Of a stretch of 64,000 bases of DNA, positions 51,371 to 63,839 are shown piece after piece. Numbering within the stretch: position 1 is the stretch's first letter; every line of letters starts with the position of its first letter. Location of the stretch: assembly GCF_001194135.2 (NCBI RefSeq), contig NC_068985.1, forward strand, positions 18,223,014 through 18,287,013. The letters are read 5' to 3'. This stretch comes from Octopus bimaculoides. Lineage: Eukaryota. Position numbers and translations under genes: made by a program. Below the pieces are notes generated by a model. That model saw nothing but the letters and a program-made list of their open reading frames with translations. It was not told where the DNA came from and searched no databases.

Positions 51371-51679
51371 TCTGGTAAGGGTGGTGTGGACCCACTACTG
51401 GTCCTTCTACCTGAGGTATTACCTGGACACTTCATCACCACTATCTGTCTTTTTGGAGATACCACTATTTCATTCTCACTCTCTCTCCTAAATGTGAGTA
51501 GCTGTGTAGCTCCTCTACTTGAACCTGCTCTACCCCAACCTCTTCTCTCACATCTTAAATCCCCATCTAACATAACAATGCAGCACACACACTCCTCCTC
51601 AATTTTTAATATTCATTAGAGAAAAGCCTCAAGCATAAATCATTCAATATCGGGTTTGAAAGATGAGCTACATGGTGAC

Positions 51680-52975
51680 TTCAATAGTGCCAGTGACCTA
51701 AAAATAGCACCCAGTACACACTGTGAAGTGCTTGGCATTAGGAAGGACATCCAGCCATAGAAATAGTGCCAAAGCAGACACTGGAGCATAATGCAGTCGC
51801 TGGAATCATTGGATCCTGATCAAATTGTCCACCCCATGCCAGCATGGAACATGAACATATGATGATGATGTGTATCCTTGAAGGAATGACCCGACTTCCT
51901 TTTAGTTAAAAAATGATGAACTGCTAGATCGGGCCTGTAGTCTTATTACAGGAGTCAATCAAATCATTTTACAGAAAGACTAAATTTGTATTCTCATGCA
52001 AAATTATGTCATATTTCACCATGAATATTAAAATTCCACAGAAGAAGAAAAAAGATGTGCAAATAAACTTTTTATAATTTATAATTTTTAAGAAAAACGA
52101 ATATTTAATTATATTTAGCTTTGTTTTCTAATCATGAAATAACAGGCTTTTAATGTCTTAAATTGATGAAAACTGCAGTAAGTGTACATTATTAACATTT
52201 CATTGCTTACTGATGTCTTCCCTTACATATGAGGTTCTGTGCCTATGTAAAAACAAAAAAAAAAATTCATGTTTTTAAAAAAAGACACTCATCACCAAGG
52301 CTAGCAGCATGTAAATTTAACTTATTTTGGATTAAGTTACAGATAGGTGCAGGGATGATTGTGAGTTAAATAAGTTTTGCTTACCAACCATGTGATCTTG
52401 CACAGCACTTTGTGCAAGTGTTTTCTACTATAGCCTTAGGCCAACCAAAGCCTTGTGAGTGGATTTGGTACACAGAAACTGAAAGAAGCTTGTCGTATAA
52501 GTGTGTAAGGAGGGTATGTGTAAACTATCCTGTCATCATGTGATGGTCGTAAATAAGCAGCAAGGTCACATGGTTGATGCCAGTGCCTCCTGATTGGCTC
52601 CCATGCCAGTGGCACATAAAAAGTAGCCACTACTCTCAGAGTGATTGGCATTAGGAAGGGCATCCAGCCGCAGAAACCTTGCCAGATCAGATTGGTGCTT
52701 GGTGCAGCCTACTGGTCTGCCAGTCCGCAGTCAAACCGTCCAACCCATGCCAGCAAGGAAAACAGACGTTAAACGATGATGATGATGATGATGTTGCTCG
52801 TTTCCAGTCTTCCATGAAAAACATGTCTGGCCCTGGGGAAATATCATTTTAATTGGAAACAGGTATGTGTTGATGAGGGGAAGGGCATCTGCCTGTAGAA
52901 GATCAGCTTCAACAAATTCCATTCCACCCATGCAAGCATAGAAAAGAGGACGTTAAATATTGGTGATGATGAAAT
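51680..52975 (+). mobile_element. Cluster of RTE 3' tails (51680-51870, 52540-52790, 52800-52975) around a minus-strand SINE head (~52330-52500)
   Basis: Repeated attaggaagggcatccagc…acccatgccagc…tgatgatgat motifs. Confidence 0.7.
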
Positions 52976-53585
52976 TAAAATGCTACTTTTCAATACTTGA
53001 ATTGGAACAGTTCTATTCTGTAAAGCATGAACAACAAACTGGAACTCTAACAAATAGAATAAAAGATGGACATCAACTCTCTTTCATATCCATAATTTCC
53101 CACGAATAACAACAATAATACATGGTTAATTGCAAGTGCAGAAATTTTTTTCCTAAGCTAATATAATTCTATATTTAAAATGATTAATTTTGATTGCACA
53201 TACTATAAAGAGGCCAATTAGTCACATTTCTGAAACACAAAAATCAAGCTACAAAATGTTATCATGTTAAAAGAGTTTTGTAAAAGATATAAGTTAATGA
53301 TGATACAGCCAGAGACCAATGGCTAAAGTAGAGCAAATTGATCACTATTGAGTGCACAACATCAAATACTGTATTTGATGGCATAAAAGATGCCTGAGCA
53401 TGTTAGACACATCCCCAATTTCAGCAGCATATATTCAAGAAAAGAAGTTTTTAGTGCTTAAAGCATGTAAATATTTAAAGCAATCTAGCAGTACATTGCA
53501 AAACATTACAAAAGCACTTCAGTTATAATAGCAATAGAAATAATAATAAAAATGTCATGTTTAACTAAATATTATTAATATAGAG

Positions 53586-53940
53586 TCAAGTGTGGCTGTG
53601 TGGTAAAAAGCTTGCTTCCCAACCACATGGTTCTGGATGCAGTCCCACTGTGTGGCACCTTGGGCAAGTGTCTTCCACTATAACCTTGGGCCGACCAAAG
53701 CCTTGTGAGTGGATGTGGTAGACAGAAGCTCTGTCTTTTGTCACCCATCACAGCTTGACAATCAGCACTGGTATGCTCACATCCCCATAGCTTATTAGTT
53801 CTGCAAAAGAGACTAATAGAATAAGTACAAGGCTTTAAAGAAAAAAAATAAATACTGTGATCAATTCATACAACTAAAATTTCTTCAAGGTGGTGCCCCA
53901 GTATGGCCACTGTCTAATGACTGAAACAAGTAAAAGATAG
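53586..53940 (+). mobile_element. Near full-length tRNA-derived SINE
   Basis: Head gtggctgtgtggtaaaaagcttgcttcccaaccacatggttc through tail aaggtggtgccccagtatggcc…atgactgaaacaagtaaaaga. Confidence 0.85.
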
Positions 53941-54689
53941 ATTAGGTAGAAGAGACTGTCTTGATTAAAATAAGTCCATAATAGTAGTTAGCATCAGAGA
54001 CAAAACTAGCTTATGGGAAGACTAGCTTTGCATACAGGACCCAGGGTGGATTTTTTTGAAACCTTTCGTTTTTAGACAAGTGCATTTTGCATGTCATCAA
54101 TTATGGTGCATTATGAACTACACCTTATGAAAAGGAAAAAGGATGTCGACAGAGAGTGACAGGAAACGGTTTCCAAACAAACGTTTTTTTTTTATTAAAT
54201 GTTTACCAAAACAAATAAATTTTCATCTTTCAAACTCAATCAGAATGATTTATTCTTGAATGAATATTAAAAATAGAGAGGCATCATTTTCAACATGGCA
54301 TCAACAAACTATCAGAATTTTAATTATTTTATTCTTAGAGACAGTTGCACTTTTTTCTATTTCCTTATCTCCTTTCATTGCCATATTTCTGTTGAAATTC
54401 ACCGACTTTGTTTCAATTAATTTTGAAAATAATGACAAATTTAGTAAAGTAACTGTCATTATGAAGTTGGCATTTGGAACATAAATTAACATAAAATTTT
54501 CATGGAAGACCTTAATGCAGATCACTTTAAAATAGGAAATGTGTACCATAAAACTAAGGGCAGCCTCAGGCAGATTGATATCAAAAAGGTTAAAGAGTAC
54601 TTATGATTTACAATGACAGCAGCTTCTGAAATTATAATGCTGAAAACAATTCATTTAAACTAATCATTTCTTAGAAAACGTGTACTTAC

Positions 54690-55486
54690 CTATGATGCAA
54701 TTTTGAGTCAACTTTATGATTGGTTTCTTTTAATTTTAATAAATGAGAATCAGATGAGGGAGAAGAATGATTGTTATTTTGTGAAAATGAGTATGTTTCT
54801 GATATTTCTTGTACTACAAAGTTTTCAGAAGTTGAAGAATTCTGGGGTGCTATATTTGGTTTGATTTCATCATCAATTATATTATACTGTATTTGGACGG
54901 CTTCATTTGAAGCTTCAGAAACATTCTTAGATGAAGAACTTTCTCCAGCCTGAGAAGAGGAAAGTGAGTTGCCCTTGAAATTTAAATTTTCAACATAAAA
55001 GCTTTTATCTTTCCGTTCAGAAATAACAATGCTTGTTTCTGATGAGGACAAACTGACAGGTTTATGGATGATTTTAGTTTTAATATTGGTACTTTCAGGT
55101 TGGTAAACCCAATTACTATTTTTATTAGTGATTGATTCTGATGATTTGGATAATGATTCATTAAGTACTTTATACAAACAAGTGTCATATGGAGAGGAGA
55201 GAGCAGCTTTAAGTACAACATTTTGTTCCTTTGCAGAGTCCAAGAAAGAGAGACAAAATTTTACTACAGTTTCTACTTGAAGATAAGATGCTATATTAAG
55301 CACCTCCATTACACTCTCTTCATTTAAATTTAGGAGTCCTTCATAAAGATACATTATAAAACAGTGAAGAGCATCCACACCACGGAGATTAATTGGTAAT
55401 TGAACTTGAAGATGTCCTTCACAAGGTCCATTCTGACACAACGCCAACAACGTTGGACTAGCCACCATTAGCACTGTCTTGTGAAC
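54690..55486 (-). CDS. Common exon 2 of the BTB-ZF gene: C-terminal part of the BTB/POZ domain plus Ser/Asn-rich linker
   Basis: Acceptor ttgttgtAG|GTT (phase 0). Reads VHKTVLMVASPTLL…FIMYLYEGLLNLNEESVMEVLNIASYLQVETVVKFCLSFL (BTB signature). Donor AG|GTAAGT at 54689, phase 2. Confidence 0.93.
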
Positions 55487-55739
55487 CTACAACAAATTGT
55501 TAAATGTCATAAATATACACATTTCATATAAATTTCATGTATGCACACACACGCGCATGCAAGATATTAGCTAAGTATGTAGTCCAACAGATACCATTGC
55601 TTAAATTGCAGAGGACATCAGCTGTAAAACCTCTTTGAAACAACCTAGAAAAAGATGTTAGTAGCCATGGCCAGATCATATTTGGTGCATAGTTCATGTG
55701 GCGGTTGTTCTTGCATTAAAATCTCCAAGAACAAACAGC

Positions 55740-56290
55740 TTATCAGTTGCTGACATGGTAGCAAGGTATGAGTCCTGCAGGGCTTGGGAAAACTTGGGAT
55801 CAAAGGGCCTTAAAGTTAACTTAGCAAAGACCAAAGTTCTAGGAAAATGGGCAGAAGAAATTCCATATTGTGTACCCAGTGTAAACTATGGACACATAAG
55901 AGGTACAGTGGAATCACCGAAATATTAATAGAGAAAGTAGACTTTGTTTGTGGCAGGTGCAAAGAAGCAATACACACTAAGAAGACACAGAAAATAGATT
56001 TTCTCAAATAGCCAGGAGGTTTCCCAAAGGTTGTAGATAGTTTCTGTTACCTAGGTGACTTAATTAGTAGTGGAGGAGAACGTTCTAAAAGTATAGTTGC
56101 TAGAATAAGAACCAGCTAGAGAAAGATAAGAGAACTATTGATTTACTGGCAATAGAAGGCCTATTTCTCAGATTGTATGTTTGTTATGAATGCAGAGGAT
56201 ATGTGAAGAATAGAAAGAAATGAAGCTAACATGCTATGCTGGATGTACAACATCAATATGCATGTACAACAAAATGCAAATGAAAGTAAT
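55740..56290 (+). mobile_element. RTE LINE RT remnant in the BTB intron
   Basis: LGSKGLKVNLAKTKVL, KVDFVCGRC, VVDSFCYLGDLISSGG and SIVARIRTS. Confidence 0.8.
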
Positions 56291-56307
56291 GGAAATAACA
56301 GAGAATG

Positions 56308-56372
<65 letters not shown>

Positions 56373-57740
56373 TAATTGATGTATGTCAACAATGAATGAT
56401 ACAAGAATAATGAGAGAGAGAGAGAGAAAGAAAGAGTGATGATTGGTAATAAAGGCAGGTGATGGTAATAGAGAGAGAGAGAGAGAAAGAGTGATGGCTA
56501 TTGTCAATGATATCAATGAGTAATGCAGAAGAAAGTGATTAAAGACAGTAAGAATGACAACTAGCAATAAGTATGGTGATGGAGGGGGATTGAATAATGA
56601 TTGATCTGATGTCATGCCTGCTGCATAGGTGGTGTGATGAGACAGAATAATGTGGAGGCAGAGATGTAGATAGTTCCAAATCCCAATTTCTATCAACACT
56701 ACCACCAGCTTCCATGGCTAGACAAGTCTTCTCCAATAACATCAGTTTTCTGTTTAAAAAAAAACTGTTATTCTTTTCCTCACTCTACTTGAGTTTTATA
56801 TCAATTTATGACTCTTTACAAAGCCCTCAGAGAACATTTGTGAGCATTATCTACAGTCTACAAACATGTGACCTTCAAAATAACTCTGAACATTTCTGGA
56901 CTGGCTTTTTTTTTTTGTACAACACATATCTTTCACAATATATATTGTTCACCCTTTTAAACCAATTTTTCTCAGCGCTTTTCATACTCTATATTGCATG
57001 TAACACATAACCCTTTCCCCATCACTCCTTTAAGTACAAGACCCACTTTTTCCATTCACTATGTCACCATCCTCATCACTCAACCCCTCTGCCTCACCTC
57101 ATCACCTCTGTGTAGGTGGCTACATTAGATTCCTTGTGCCCAGCTTACTCTACTTTCATCCTCACTTCCTGTATTGCCTGTCTTCACCCTATGTACCAGC
57201 ATACGCATATTCCTTTCCTTCTGAGTCTCTGAGATCCCTCTGTCATTGCTTTATCCACTGAATTACCTCCCCCTTGCCATATCACTTTAAATATTCATAT
57301 CTAACTCAGAGTATTGAGTACTTCTCTCACTCGTTTTGGCATGATTTCTATGGTTGGATGCTCTTCCTAATGCCAACCACTTTACAGAGTGTACAGGGTG
57401 GTTCCTACATAGGGCAGTACTAGTGAGGTCACTAGTACCAGTGTCATGTAAATTGCAAGACAAAACCTCTCAACTGAGTGGGGAGCAGTGTTGAGGAAGG
57501 TAGCTTCATTTTAGGCAATGAGAGGCTAAAGTATGCTTGGATAAGAACAGGTGTCTTGCTGTAGGGGAGACACATGGTTACCCTAGTTGGAAAAGAAAAT
57601 GGTGGTGAAGATGTGTACACCCTCAAGTTACAGGAAGGTGGATCACAAGGTATTTAGTCCATTACTACACCATTCAAGTCACTTGATTATTGCACCTCAT
57701 TCAACTTCAAAAAGCAACAGCTTTGTTTGGACAAAGAACT

Positions 57741-57968
57741 TTAACTCTTTAGTGTTTAAACCAGCCAAATCCAGCCAGAATATTCTACCTGTTTTATGTT
57801 CAAAGGTCCGAGATCTGGCCTCTCACACTTACCCTACAATATCATTATCAAAATAAGCAATCACATCATTGAAATCTTGAATCTACAAGATAATACATTA
57901 CTAATTCAAAATAATATGAATAAATAAGCAATACATTTGACAGAGTAATCTGAATGCTAAAACGTTAA
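57741..57968. mobile_element. piggyBac-like MITE 25 bp from the exon-1 donor
   Basis: ttaactctttagtgttt … gaatgctaaaacgttaa termini with TTAA at both ends. Confidence 0.65.
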
Positions 57969-57992
57969 CAAGGAATTGTAGAGAATTCTTAC

Positions 57993-58118
57993 TTTAATCT
58001 TATATGATCCAGCTTGAACAGTAGCATCACAGAGAGTTTGTTTTTTCCATAATTCACAAAGGACAGTCATTGCTTGAGAGCCATGGTCTTGATCCAGGTA
58101 AGCTTGTTCATATACCAT
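57993..58118 (-). CDS. Common coding exon 1 of the BTB-ZF gene (exon spans 58176-57993; CDS from ATG 58118)
   Basis: Acceptor ttatatttgcAG at 58177, in-frame upstream TAA, AAAATGG start. Reads MVYEQAYLDQDHGSQAMTVLCELWKKQTLCDATVQAGSYKIK with donor AAA|GTAAGA, phase 0. Joins exon 2 to give the canonical LCD…K-VHKTVL BTB N-terminus. Not in the ORF track because it is under 60 aa. Confidence 0.9.
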
Positions 58119-58409
58119 TTTGCAGGTATATTACAACAGTAGGGGGAATTCAGAAACATAGGAATTCAAGGTATACCTGCAAATATAATAGAAATATAAA
58201 AACTGATGACAGTTGCACTAAAAACATTTTCCCTGGATATATGGGCTGAAATTTGGGATGTGTCTATTATGTTCGAGTATCTTTTTTAAGTCATTAAACA
58301 TAGTACGTATTTTGATTAAATTTCTTGAAATATTCCTTATTAGAAAGCAGCAATAACACAAAAGAATTAAAGAATTATTGTTTTAAGTCAAGAAAACTTT
58401 TATTAATTC

Positions 58410-58590
58410 ATCATTATCACCATTTAACGTCTGCCTTCCATGCTGGCATGGATTGGATGGTTTGACAGGAGCTGACAAGACAAAAAACTGTGCCAAACTC
58501 TGCTGCCTACTTTGGCAATGTTTCCCAGGAAGGATGCCCTTCCTAACACCAACCACTTTACAGAGTGTATTGGGTGGTTTTTACATAGCG
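58410..58590 (-). mobile_element. RTE 3' UTR fragment
   Basis: catttaacgtctgccttccatgctggcatggattggatgg…gatgcccttcctaacaccaaccac. Confidence 0.75.
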
Positions 58591-59128
58591 GCAGCACCAC
58601 ACACACACACATATATATGTGTGTGTGTATCATTGTTATTATTATTTTATAGCTCCTTATGTGCAATGTTCTTTGTGAATATTCTAAATGCACCAGAACT
58701 TTCTTCAATTAATATGCTCTGTTTTGACAGATGAGCAGACCTACAGTTAAAAGCGATCCAGCCTTTCACCTGGATTTTTTTTACATATCTAGGTCTATGT
58801 TCTACAAGGTGTTCTTCATTTTTTTAAGAATTTGATGGCTACTTCCAAGAGGTCCGGCAACTTACCATTGATCCAAAGATGAACTTATGTTGGATTGTCT
58901 GCCCTTAGTTATACAATTATCTTCCTTAGGCTTGTTTTGTTTAAACATGTTTTATAGGATAAGGCTTCATGTGCAAACTAACTGTAACCCTTAAAAATTT
59001 TAATTCCGGGTTGAGAAACATTGATCTATGAGACATAATCAATACTAGTCACTAGAGCTAGTAGTAGCTGAAAAATGTTAAGACAAATTCTCAGAATTTT
59101 AATAAACCTTTCAAAAGAATGACTGGAT

Positions 59129-59354
59129 CAGAGGTTCTCAACTGAGGTCATCATAAGATTTTGTTGTTAAAATTTATGTGCAATAAATTGGTTATGCTTC
59201 TACAACACATAAATTATTTTAACAACTTTTTGTACAATTCCTAATAATATTTAATTATAAAAGTATAAATAGGGTTTTTTTAAACACTGAAAGGCTTTGA
59301 AGGTCCACCAGAGAAAAATAGGATTCAAAGGTAAAAAATAGTTGAGAACCACGG
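59129..59354. mobile_element. hAT-like MITE
   Basis: cagaggttctcaac … gttgagaaccacgg termini; no clear 8-bp TSD. Confidence 0.6.
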
Positions 59355-60153
59355 CATTAGATGATTCAAAAAGCAATATTTTATTGAAATTGAAGAGGGA
59401 AATGAAAACAAGAGAATGTACAAAGAATGAAAAATAAATGGCTTGAGTGTAATCTATTGGACATTAAATATGAATCTAAGGAATAGACCAATATGTAGGA
59501 GGGTAGTGGATGCTAATTTGAAGAGTATTTGTCTATCACAGAAATGAATCAAGTGGCAACAATATATAATTCAGTAATATTGGGAAATTGTAAAAACAAA
59601 ACCCTGAGGACTACTTATATAGAACTGACTTTGAGATAATAAGAAGAGATAATAAAGACAACTAGTAAAAGTAATTTTGTAAAAGCACACAATCAGGATT
59701 CAAAATTAAAGGCTAAAATTTGTATGCTAAAAATGGTTGAGATGAAGTATAACTTCATAGGAAGCAATACATGATATTATAATTTAATGAATACCAGTTA
59801 AATGATCATCAATTTATGAATAACCTTAAAATTTTGAGATCAAATTGACATTAGTTTATCTACATTTTTTTCTTTTTTACATAACTCTTCAGTCACATAT
59901 ATATTCATTGCCATTTTTTTTTTCTTTAAAATATTGTTCTAAAATGAACTTTATCACATAAATCATCAATGATTACCAGCTCACAACAGACAACAGTTAT
60001 TCTCCTTTACATGCAGCATCTTCTAAAAACACTACATGTTCATAAGCAGAGCTAACTTGCCCATGTCAAATTAGTTGACTTCATTATGTAAACATCATTT
60101 GAATTTGTTTCAAAAGTTCAGTTTACTTTATTTTATATCAATTTATTGAATAC

Positions 60154-60228
60154 CTTCTGCCATCATTGCCAAAGACCACTGGATTGCACAATTGTTGTCG
60201 TCAGAAGAGTTAATTGCTGTACAACAGT
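60154..60228 (-). other. Candidate 5' UTR exon of the BTB-ZF gene
   Basis: Acceptor gtttgctgtgtttcAG and donor AAG|GTATTC. Signals only; no transcript evidence. Confidence 0.3.
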
Positions 60229-60649
60229 CTGAAACACAGCAAACTAGTTCTAGTCCCAACTCTAAACAACTTACTCATTGCAAGTAACAAACCATCAAAA
60301 GTCCATAAATCTCGAACCGTGAATTCCTAACTCATATCTTAGGTACACGTCAGATATTACTTCAATATTTTATGCACCTTTTTTGTCCTTCCCACTTATC
60401 ACTCCTAGGAAATATAGCAGCTGTCAATCGTACATAATGCCTGTCATCTAATTGAGAAGTATAATTTCTCTATTGTTGAACATTAGAGTATTTGATCATA
60501 CATCGCTAGTAAAATTTCTGTTAAATTATAGGCAATATCTGCAAGATGACAGACAGCTGTGGCCAACAAACATGCCCTCAATTGGAGGTTAGGTCGATCA
60601 AAACTGACGTAATGCATACAAGTCAATCACATGGTAATATGACATGAAT

Positions 60650-60835
60650 CGCTTGCATGCTGGGCAAAATGCTTAGCGGCATTTCGTCCATCTTCATGTT
60701 CTGGGTTCAAAATCCCACCGAGGTAGACTTTGTCATTCAATAAAATAAATACCAGCTGAGTACTGGAGTCGATATAATCAACTTACCGACTTCTCCGAGC
60801 TTGCTGGCTTTGTGCCAAAATTTGAAACCAATATC
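60650..60835 (+). mobile_element. SINE (9259 family)
   Basis: gcaaaatgcttagcggcatttcgtcc…ccgaggtagactttg…ggagtcgatataatcaac. Confidence 0.75.
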
Positions 60836-61756
60836 AAAGAAATACTGAAAATTGACATACTAATTGATTTGGATTATTGAAAATATTGATTTAAATAATA
60901 TCTACCCACAGAATAGATTTACAAGTTTTACTTGTTACAAATTAAGTCAAATCGAATACTCCCCAATCTTTCATTATTAGAATAAAGAATATTATTTTAA
61001 TACGTCAGATTTTGTTACAGTAAAGTATAATTAGGATAGTAATTTCTAATGAATTTACAGAGAGTAATAATAATAAACTTATATTTCATGCTTACAAACT
61101 CTTCCGAGAGTTAAAATTATTTGCTCATAAATCTGATACACACACAGCACTGCTATATATATATATATAGTCTTAGAAAGTAATCTGTTGTTTAACCCGA
61201 AGCGAACCATGACCGAGCAAAAACATTCTATCTATAATCTACTGTAATTAACTATTACATCCATATCTGGGAAAGAGCATGGCATTGGGGGAGATGGACG
61301 TAAATGTAAAAATTAATTTAATTTTTTGAACAAAAATTCTTTTATAGGAAAAAAAAATGACCACCCAATTCCTTGCCCTTTTATTTTTCCAAGGAGTAAT
61401 GATAGCTATTCCGAAAATCTACCGATCAGAGTTTTCGGACAGATAGAATTTTTTAAAATTTACCGTATGTAGGGATGCATTTGCTAAGGTATCGTTTTGT
61501 TTTTTTTAAGAGGCAGATTAGGTTGCTATTTCTAACACATCAAGTGACAACGTTTAGACAGAAACTCCCTCGATTAGCACACAATGTAACATAAAATCAC
61601 TTAAGGTGAGCGAATCAGGGAACTACTTTGATATATAAACAAAAAGACTATTCGTTTACCAAACAGAAATCTAGTGAACTACAATAAAATTTAACAGTAA
61701 TACTTAGCTATGCTTTTTTAATTTTTTACAAGAATCAAAAATTACATTAAATATGA

Positions 61757-61815
<59 letters not shown>

Positions 61816-62946
61816 ACAGTTAATGAGCAACAACCCTTTGTTTTAGGTTACTGAAGTAAAATTAACAGACTCCAGTTAATTTTACATTAATTACAAATAA
61901 TTTAAGACCTGTAGTTTTTAATTTCAATATTGGAAAATATTTTCAAGAGGAAAACTGAGGCAAGTTATTAAAAAGATGATAAAAACGTTAAAATTAGAAA
62001 TACGTGGAAACTAATTCTATGATAGAATTAGCAATAACTTGCTTGTAAAATTATATTTTATGTCTAAGACAAGACAGTATTTCACAGTGAAATACTGAAA
62101 ATAAATTAGAGAAAAGCGGGAAAATATCCAGGGAAAATCTTATGGAAAGTATAAAGGGGAAGAGATTTTGTAGTGACCTCGATTCTTATTAGTAAATAAA
62201 ATGCGAGCTTGTAAATTAAAGATATCACAACATGATTTTAAATTAATAACGCACAGAGAGTACGTGTTATATTATCTCTGCTACATTATTAATTAAGAAG
62301 TATGGTGCTTGCTATAGAAGAAACTTTCATCAAACTAATGTACCAAACGTTATTTACAAGTGTACATCGGAAACTGGCTGATAATGAGAAGCAAATAAAA
62401 TTTTTACAAAGAAAAACACCGGGGATAAAATAAAAGACAAAATGTGTGTTACATGTTTCGTATTAATATCAATGGCCAGGCTAGAAAATAGTTTTCCTTT
62501 CGTCTCACCTTAAAAGACCATTCACAAATAGCAAAGCTTCAAGTATGTTTAGTTTTGTACTTGTTTATGTTAGTTCTTCTCTTCAGAATAAAGCAAAAGC
62601 ACTGTTGTCAGGAGAAATGTGTCTGGGATATTATTCTAAAGCATTTTATTTGCTTTTTTGACGCCTTCAGTCAAAACAATGGCGATAATTAAGAAAGTCT
62701 GTCTTCCTGAGGAAACATTTCATGATATGAATCAATACGGACATTTGAACATTAATTGAAAACAAAAGGAAATTAAACGAAAAATGCTATAATTACATAA
62801 ATTATAATTCTTTTCAACATAAAATAATATCTATGAGGCGTATTTTCGTACGTAGACTATCGCAAAACGTCGATATACCGTTATATACATGTATACATAT
62901 GTATATAAATATATATATATATCTATATATATACATGCATACAAAC

Positions 62947-62982
<36 letters not shown>

Positions 62983-63122
62983 ATACTTTTATATATATAT
63001 ATATATATATATATNNNNNNNNNNNNNNNNNNNNNNNNNNNNNNNNNNNNNNNNNNNNNNNNNNNNNNNNNNNNNNNNNNNNNNNNNNNNNNNNNNNNNN
63101 NNNNNNNNNNNNNNNNNNNNNA

Positions 63123-63240
63123 ATCGACCCCAGGACTTATTCTATCGGTCTCTTTAGCCGAACCGCTAAGTTACGGGGACGTAAACACACCAGCATCGGT
63201 TGTCAAGCGATCTTGGGGGGACAAACAGAGACACACAAAC

Positions 63241-63271
<31 letters not shown>

Positions 63272-63441
63272 CATATATACGACAGGCTTCTTTCAGTTTC
63301 CGTCTACCAAATCTACTCACAAGGCTTTGGTCAATCCAAGGCTATAGTAGAAGACACTTGCCCAAGGTGCCACGCAGTGGGACTGAACCCAGAACCATGT
63401 GGTTGGTAAGCAAGCTACTTACCATACAGCCACTCCTACGC
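63123..63441 (-). mobile_element. tRNA-derived SINE, CpG-intact, truncated by a gap
   Basis: gccacgcagtgggactgaacccagaaccatgtggttggtaagcaagctacttaccatacagccactcc is the reverse complement of the head; body …gccgaaccgctaagttacggggacgtaaac…. Confidence 0.88.
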
Positions 63442-63505
63442 ATACAAACATACATATACATTACATATATAATACACACTATTCAATTTATGGATCCAAA
63501 TTATT

Positions 63506-63548
<43 letters not shown>

Positions 63549-63558
63549 NNNNNNNNNN

Positions 63559-63590
<32 letters not shown>

Positions 63591-63807
63591 CATACATACA
63601 TACGTACAAACATATATATGGATATATATATACATATGCTTACACACACGCACACACACACACATATATATATATATGCATATACGTGCATGCGCGGACA
63701 CATCACGTAATTATATATGTGTGTATTTATACACATACACATACAGTCGGGTTAATAGGCCGGCGTTTAGGCTCAGCTAAGAAAGTATGTATATGGTCCT
63801 TTAAAAT

Positions 63808-63839
<32 letters not shown>

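Noticed and set aside
50131-51619. Pro/Ser-rich and Gly/Arg-rich ORFs as host genes
   Set aside because: They are alternative frames of the purine-skewed Penelope remnant.
53586-53680. tRNA genes suggested by A/B-box-like heads here and at ~14935, 23597 and 63350
   Set aside because: They are heads of tRNA-derived SINEs continuous with SINE bodies, with no complete cloverleaf.
29305-58176. Assigning a gene symbol (lola, ZBTB or similar) or claiming trans-splicing
   Set aside because: Orthology cannot be established from the sequence alone, and all exons are collinear on one strand, so cis-splicing suffices.
58860-58870. Strong minus-strand donor caatg|GTAAGT at 58865 as a coding exon end
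   Set aside because: No convincing acceptor or BTB-like frame upstream, and the true ATG exon lies at 58176-57993. It could still be a non-coding exon.
60229-60274. Donor GTAAGT at 60274 paired with the acceptor at 60229
   Set aside because: The implied intron is only 46 nt, which is unusually short; unsupported without reads.
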